64,000 nucleotides of DNA from Callorhinchus milii (taxonomy: Eukaryota). The translations under genes and the position numbers were made by a program. The stretch covers positions 1 to 64,000 of the forward strand of contig NW_024704843.1 in NCBI RefSeq assembly GCF_018977255.1. The letters are read 5' to 3'. Below the pieces are notes generated by a model. The model was not told the DNA's origin, ran no database searches, and saw nothing but the letters and a program-made list of their open reading frames with translations. This document shows positions 60,273 to 64,000 of this stretch, one piece after another (the stretch's first letter is position 1; every line of letters starts with the position of its first letter).

Positions 60273-60900
60273 TTACATAACATAACATAACATAACGTAA
60301 CGTAACGTAACATAACGTAACATAACATAACATAACATAACATAACATAACATAACATGGCATCACATAANNNNNNNNNNNNNNNNNNNNNNNNNNNNNN
60401 NNNNNNNNNNNNNNNNNNNNNNNNNNNNNNNNNNNNNNNNNNNNNNNNNNNNNNNNNNNNNNNNNNNNNNNNNNNNNNNNNNNNNNNNNNNNNNNNNNNN
60501 NNNNNNNNNNNNNNNNNAGGCCATTCGGACCTTCGAGTCTGTCCCGCCCTTAAATAATGGCTGATTTTCCAATCTAACTCCAGCTAATAACCTAACTCTG
60601 CCTTATCCCCACATCCCTTAATCCGTTTTGCAATAAGAAATCTATCCATTTCAGTCTTGAACATGTTCAAGGACTGAGCGTCAACAGCCCTTTGGGCAGT
60701 GAGCTCCATACATTCAACACCATTTGAGTGAAGACATTCTTCCTTAACTCAGTGCGAAAGAGCTACCTCTGATTTTAAGACTGTAACCATTGGTTTTAGT
60801 TTCTCCAACCAGGGGAAACAATCTCCCACTATCTACTCGATCAAGCCCTTTGATGATCGTACAGGTTTCTGCAAGATCCCCTCTTATTCGTCTATTATGA
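60273..60900 (-). mobile_element. CR1 3' end with (ATGTT)n tail, split by an assembly gap (N 60371-60517)
   Basis: (CATAA)n run, then aggccattcggaccttcgag... which is the reverse complement of the CR1 3' end seen at 27.9 kb. Confidence 0.8.
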
Positions 60901-61240
60901 TACTGAAATAAACAACAGCCACCCGGAGAGATGACGAGGAAAGAAATTGATTTCCCTGTCTGACCACACTCTAGAATTAGATGGTGATACCCAGAACGGG
61001 TAAATGAGTAATAAAATCAATGACATCGATTAAATGGGGAATTATTTATTTACGTAAACAGATACAAAGGGAATGAGAATGTATTCTTCTATTATAAAAC
61101 AATCTCGAGCTATGGCTCCGAGTCTTGATGCGAAGTCAAAGCGGCAAAACAAACGCAGATTGTTTGTTCTTTTGTTGAAAACGTAAGAATATTTTAACTG
61201 AATACTCTTGGAGCTNNNNNNNNNNNNNNNNNNNNNNNNN

Positions 61241-61440
61241 GATAATAATTCCTCCAAAGCAAAACAATAATAAATCAGTCATTTTCACTCCACTACTGTT
61301 TGTGGGACACTGCTGTGCGCAATTGTCTGCCGCGTTTCGCCCTCAAATATACGGTGAGTTCATTTTGCTGCACATTCTGTGAGGCGTATTAAGACGCCCA
61401 GAAGACGTGAAATGCGCTATGTTAACTGCAAGGATTATTA
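61241..61440 (+). mobile_element. SINE 3' part after an assembly gap (N 61216-61240)
   Basis: Body and tail homologous to the family. Confidence 0.75.
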
Positions 61441-62165
61441 ATACATTAGCACAGAATACCCTGAAGCGCTACGCGAGGGGTGGTTTGTTTATGCAAATTG
61501 TTGTTGTTATTATTTTTGAAACCAGGACTCGCTTGCTCACGCATCTCTATCATAGTCCGTATCAAGACGTTCTTCATTAACCACCCTCTTGTTTATCTTT
61601 CCCTTTCCAACCCACGTGGCAAACATCCCTTCCTCGGGTCTCAATATTCTATGTTCAATTCTATGTTCAAGTATGTGAGTGTAATATATTTTTAACTTTA
61701 CACAATCCCATGCACTACCCGCGATAATTCTGCATCATATTCGCCAGATATAGATGCAAGAAATCCTGACTGTCCAGAGCCCTGGAACGCCTTTGCGACA
61801 CGAAGTGCACTGTGCACGTGTAATTTGTTGTTTTTGATTTAGCTCTATTTGTTCTTCTTGTAACTCCTGTAAGATGTTCTGAGTAACAGTGTTCCTTTCT
61901 TTCTGCATTTATTTTATGCTACGCGTAATTTTTTAAAGTGGTTTTATGTGTCTAGTTTTCAATTCACGATAATAAATTTAATCCGAGTATTACATACGCA
62001 ACTCTCCAGTGAACACGTCATCTTGTTTGTTCATTCGTCTGGAACTGATGGTATTCATGATGCAATCTGTATTGTTACGTTCCCTATAAGTACAAATTTA
62101 GTTCAATGTGACGGCAGTGTGTTCACTGAAGTCTCTGCCTTCGGCATCAAGATGTAACAGAGAGC

Positions 62166-62235
62166 ATGGAACATCCAACGTTGTACACAGTAATTGCTAT
62201 TTACTACCCCATTCTTGCAGCATTTGGAATTCCTG
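62166..62235 (+). CDS. GPR139-like GPCR paralog 3, exon 1 (MEHPTLYTVIAIYYPILAAFGIP+G); exon 2 not in the window
   Basis: 70-nt exon with GTAAG donor, closely similar to paralog 1 exon 1. Confidence 0.82.
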
Positions 62236-62492
62236 GTAAGTCTATTTGGTCGCAGTATTATCTATGATCAATAGCTTCCTGCATTGGGTGACAGAAGATA
62301 TTTATTAAAGTGGCATATCAGGTTATTCATGTTCGTAGAGAAATATGTAGGTGTCGAAAGGCAGTATTTTTGAATGCGCATAGGAGCGAATGTACCAGGG
62401 ATGAGGTGTACGTTAGTCTATGAAAGTAGCATCAGTAGTGGAAAGGGCTGTGATAAAATGTATTCAAAGACTAACAAAGACTGCACAGCACG

Positions 62493-62789
62493 GAATAATA
62501 ATAATAATAATAATAATCCTTGCATTTGATATAGCGCTTTTCACGTCGGGAGGACGTCCCAAAGCGCTTCACAGAACACACTGTAAAGTGAATTGACTGT
62601 ATATTTGTGGGCGAACGCGGCAGCCAATTGCGCACAGCAATGTCCCACAAACAGTCGTAGATTGAAAATGACAAATTTATTATTGTTTTGTTTTGGAGGG
62701 ATTATTATTAGGCGTGTGGAGTAAGGAAACTTGCCCAAGGTTTCACCCTGCCTGGAACTGAACTCAGGTCACTGAGCTACAGGACTCCA
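62493..62789 (-). mobile_element. tRNA-derived SINE with an internal deletion in the head
   Basis: Reverse complement of the family consensus. Confidence 0.88.
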
Positions 62790-62879
62790 CGATTTTTAGG
62801 ATGGAGCTGAACACGACCAGAAATTGCCCTGAAAACAAAAGAGCCTCAAAATTTACAGTATAGAAAAGGACTATTCAAC

Positions 62880-63430
62880 CCATCGTGTCTGCGCTATCAA
62901 CGATCTAGATGAGGACATTGAAGTTAATATATCTGAATTCGCAGATGACACAAAACTAGGAGGAAGTGTCAACACAGAGGACAACATTAAAAAATGCAGC
63001 GAGACATAGATAGGTTAGGTGATTGGGCAGATAGGTGGCAGATGAAGTATAATGTATAATGAAGAGGGACGCTCAGATGATTCTGACCAGGTTGTTGTTT
63101 ATAATGGCACGTCCAAGGCACCTCATTACCTATCTGACCTCCTCACTCTACACTCCACTACACAGTGCCTCCTGCTGGTCCCTCACACCCTCCGCCCCAC
63201 CTTTGGAGGTCGCGCTTTCATCCACAACGCCCCCAAAATTCTGGAACACTCCCTCAATACCCCCGCCTTGCCGACTCTCTCCATTCATTAATGGCCCGGC
63301 TGAAAACTTTCCTATTCGACCGTGCTTACGGCTGCCTCCCCCTTACCACCCGGATCGCAGTTAGGCTCCGCCACTCTTAAGCGCTCTGAGACGCTATCCT
63401 GCAAGCAGAGCGCTTCGTAAGTGCAAGTTC
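62880..63430 (+). mobile_element. CR1 RT fragment (62880-63055) followed by an L2 3' fragment (63080-63430)
   Basis: INDLDEDIEVNISEFADDTKLGG, nearly identical to 7840-7990. Then a C-rich L2 3' segment (ggtcgcgctttcatcc...tgaaaactttcctattcgacc). Confidence 0.8.
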
Positions 63431-64000
63431 TTCTCCGCGGTGTTGTTGTAATCCACAGGCGTCGTTATTCCCTCCCATAGCCTTGTATTCTCTTCTCACT
63501 CAGGTGAATGTCTATCTTCCTCCTCAATGCACCGAATAAAATCATCAATTTAGACAAGAACTTTCACATTCTCTCTGGTCTCTGGGTAGAGGAATTTCTT
63601 CTCATTTCATTTTCTTATCCCAATATCGCTCACTTATACTTGTGTCGCTTGGTATCGGACTCCCCATAGAATGTCAGCAGCTTCCCAAATTGGCACAACC
63701 TCCGCGACACGATAGATCCCGATCTATCTATCCTCCCGACATCCCTGACCAGAATGACGCGATTTCACAGTCTGCATTACCCACCTCAGACCATTTCTGA
63801 TACCCAAGAAGTAAATCCCTCATTGATTGACGCAACGATTTCGTAATCCTCACCTTTACTCACAAATCAATTCATGTCGTGTCACCTCCCTGATCTCCTT
63901 CCCTGTCTGACCTGCTTACATTCAATAACTGTATCCCCTTTTGACTCAGTCGGCTTCCCTTCCATATGTTTGTTGTCCCCGTTACTCTGCCATCAGTACA

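Overview
Eukaryotic genomic DNA from a cartilaginous fish. The Ig cluster architecture and repeats suggest a holocephalan (chimaera), which is an inference. The centrepiece is one complete, unrearranged IgM-type heavy-chain cluster on the minus strand (about 44.2 kb down to 26.8 kb), in the order leader, V(23-RSS), D1(12/22), D2(12/12), J(23), CH2-like a, CH2-like b, CH3, CH4 plus secretory tail, TM1, TM2. After that comes a 4.3-kb tandem duplicate carrying a second, still open TM1'/TM2' pair. The cluster looks like a heavy-chain-only (single-domain) antibody gene. I find no CH1, whose place is taken by a duplicated CH2. Framework 2 reads WYRQLPGKQREKL, with camelid-VHH-like Y/Q/R/K at the VL-contact positions. 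There is one extra germline Cys in CDR1 and another in J. Related CH1-less clusters are already known in chimaeras, so the class is not new. The J-encoded Cys, the 1-nt frameshift in the first C exon and the second membrane tail are the details most worth following up. Flanking the cluster are three two-exon GPR139-like class A GPCR paralogs: one with a nonsense codon, one intact with a GC-AG intron, and one represented only by exon 1. Also present are a decayed histone H1 gene, three degenerate tRNA genes, an unidentified decayed intronless ORF of about 290 codons, CR1 and L2 LINE fragments, many copies of a young tRNA-derived SINE with an L2-type tail, and several minisatellites. There are three assembly gaps. 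All calls were made by eye, without database searches.
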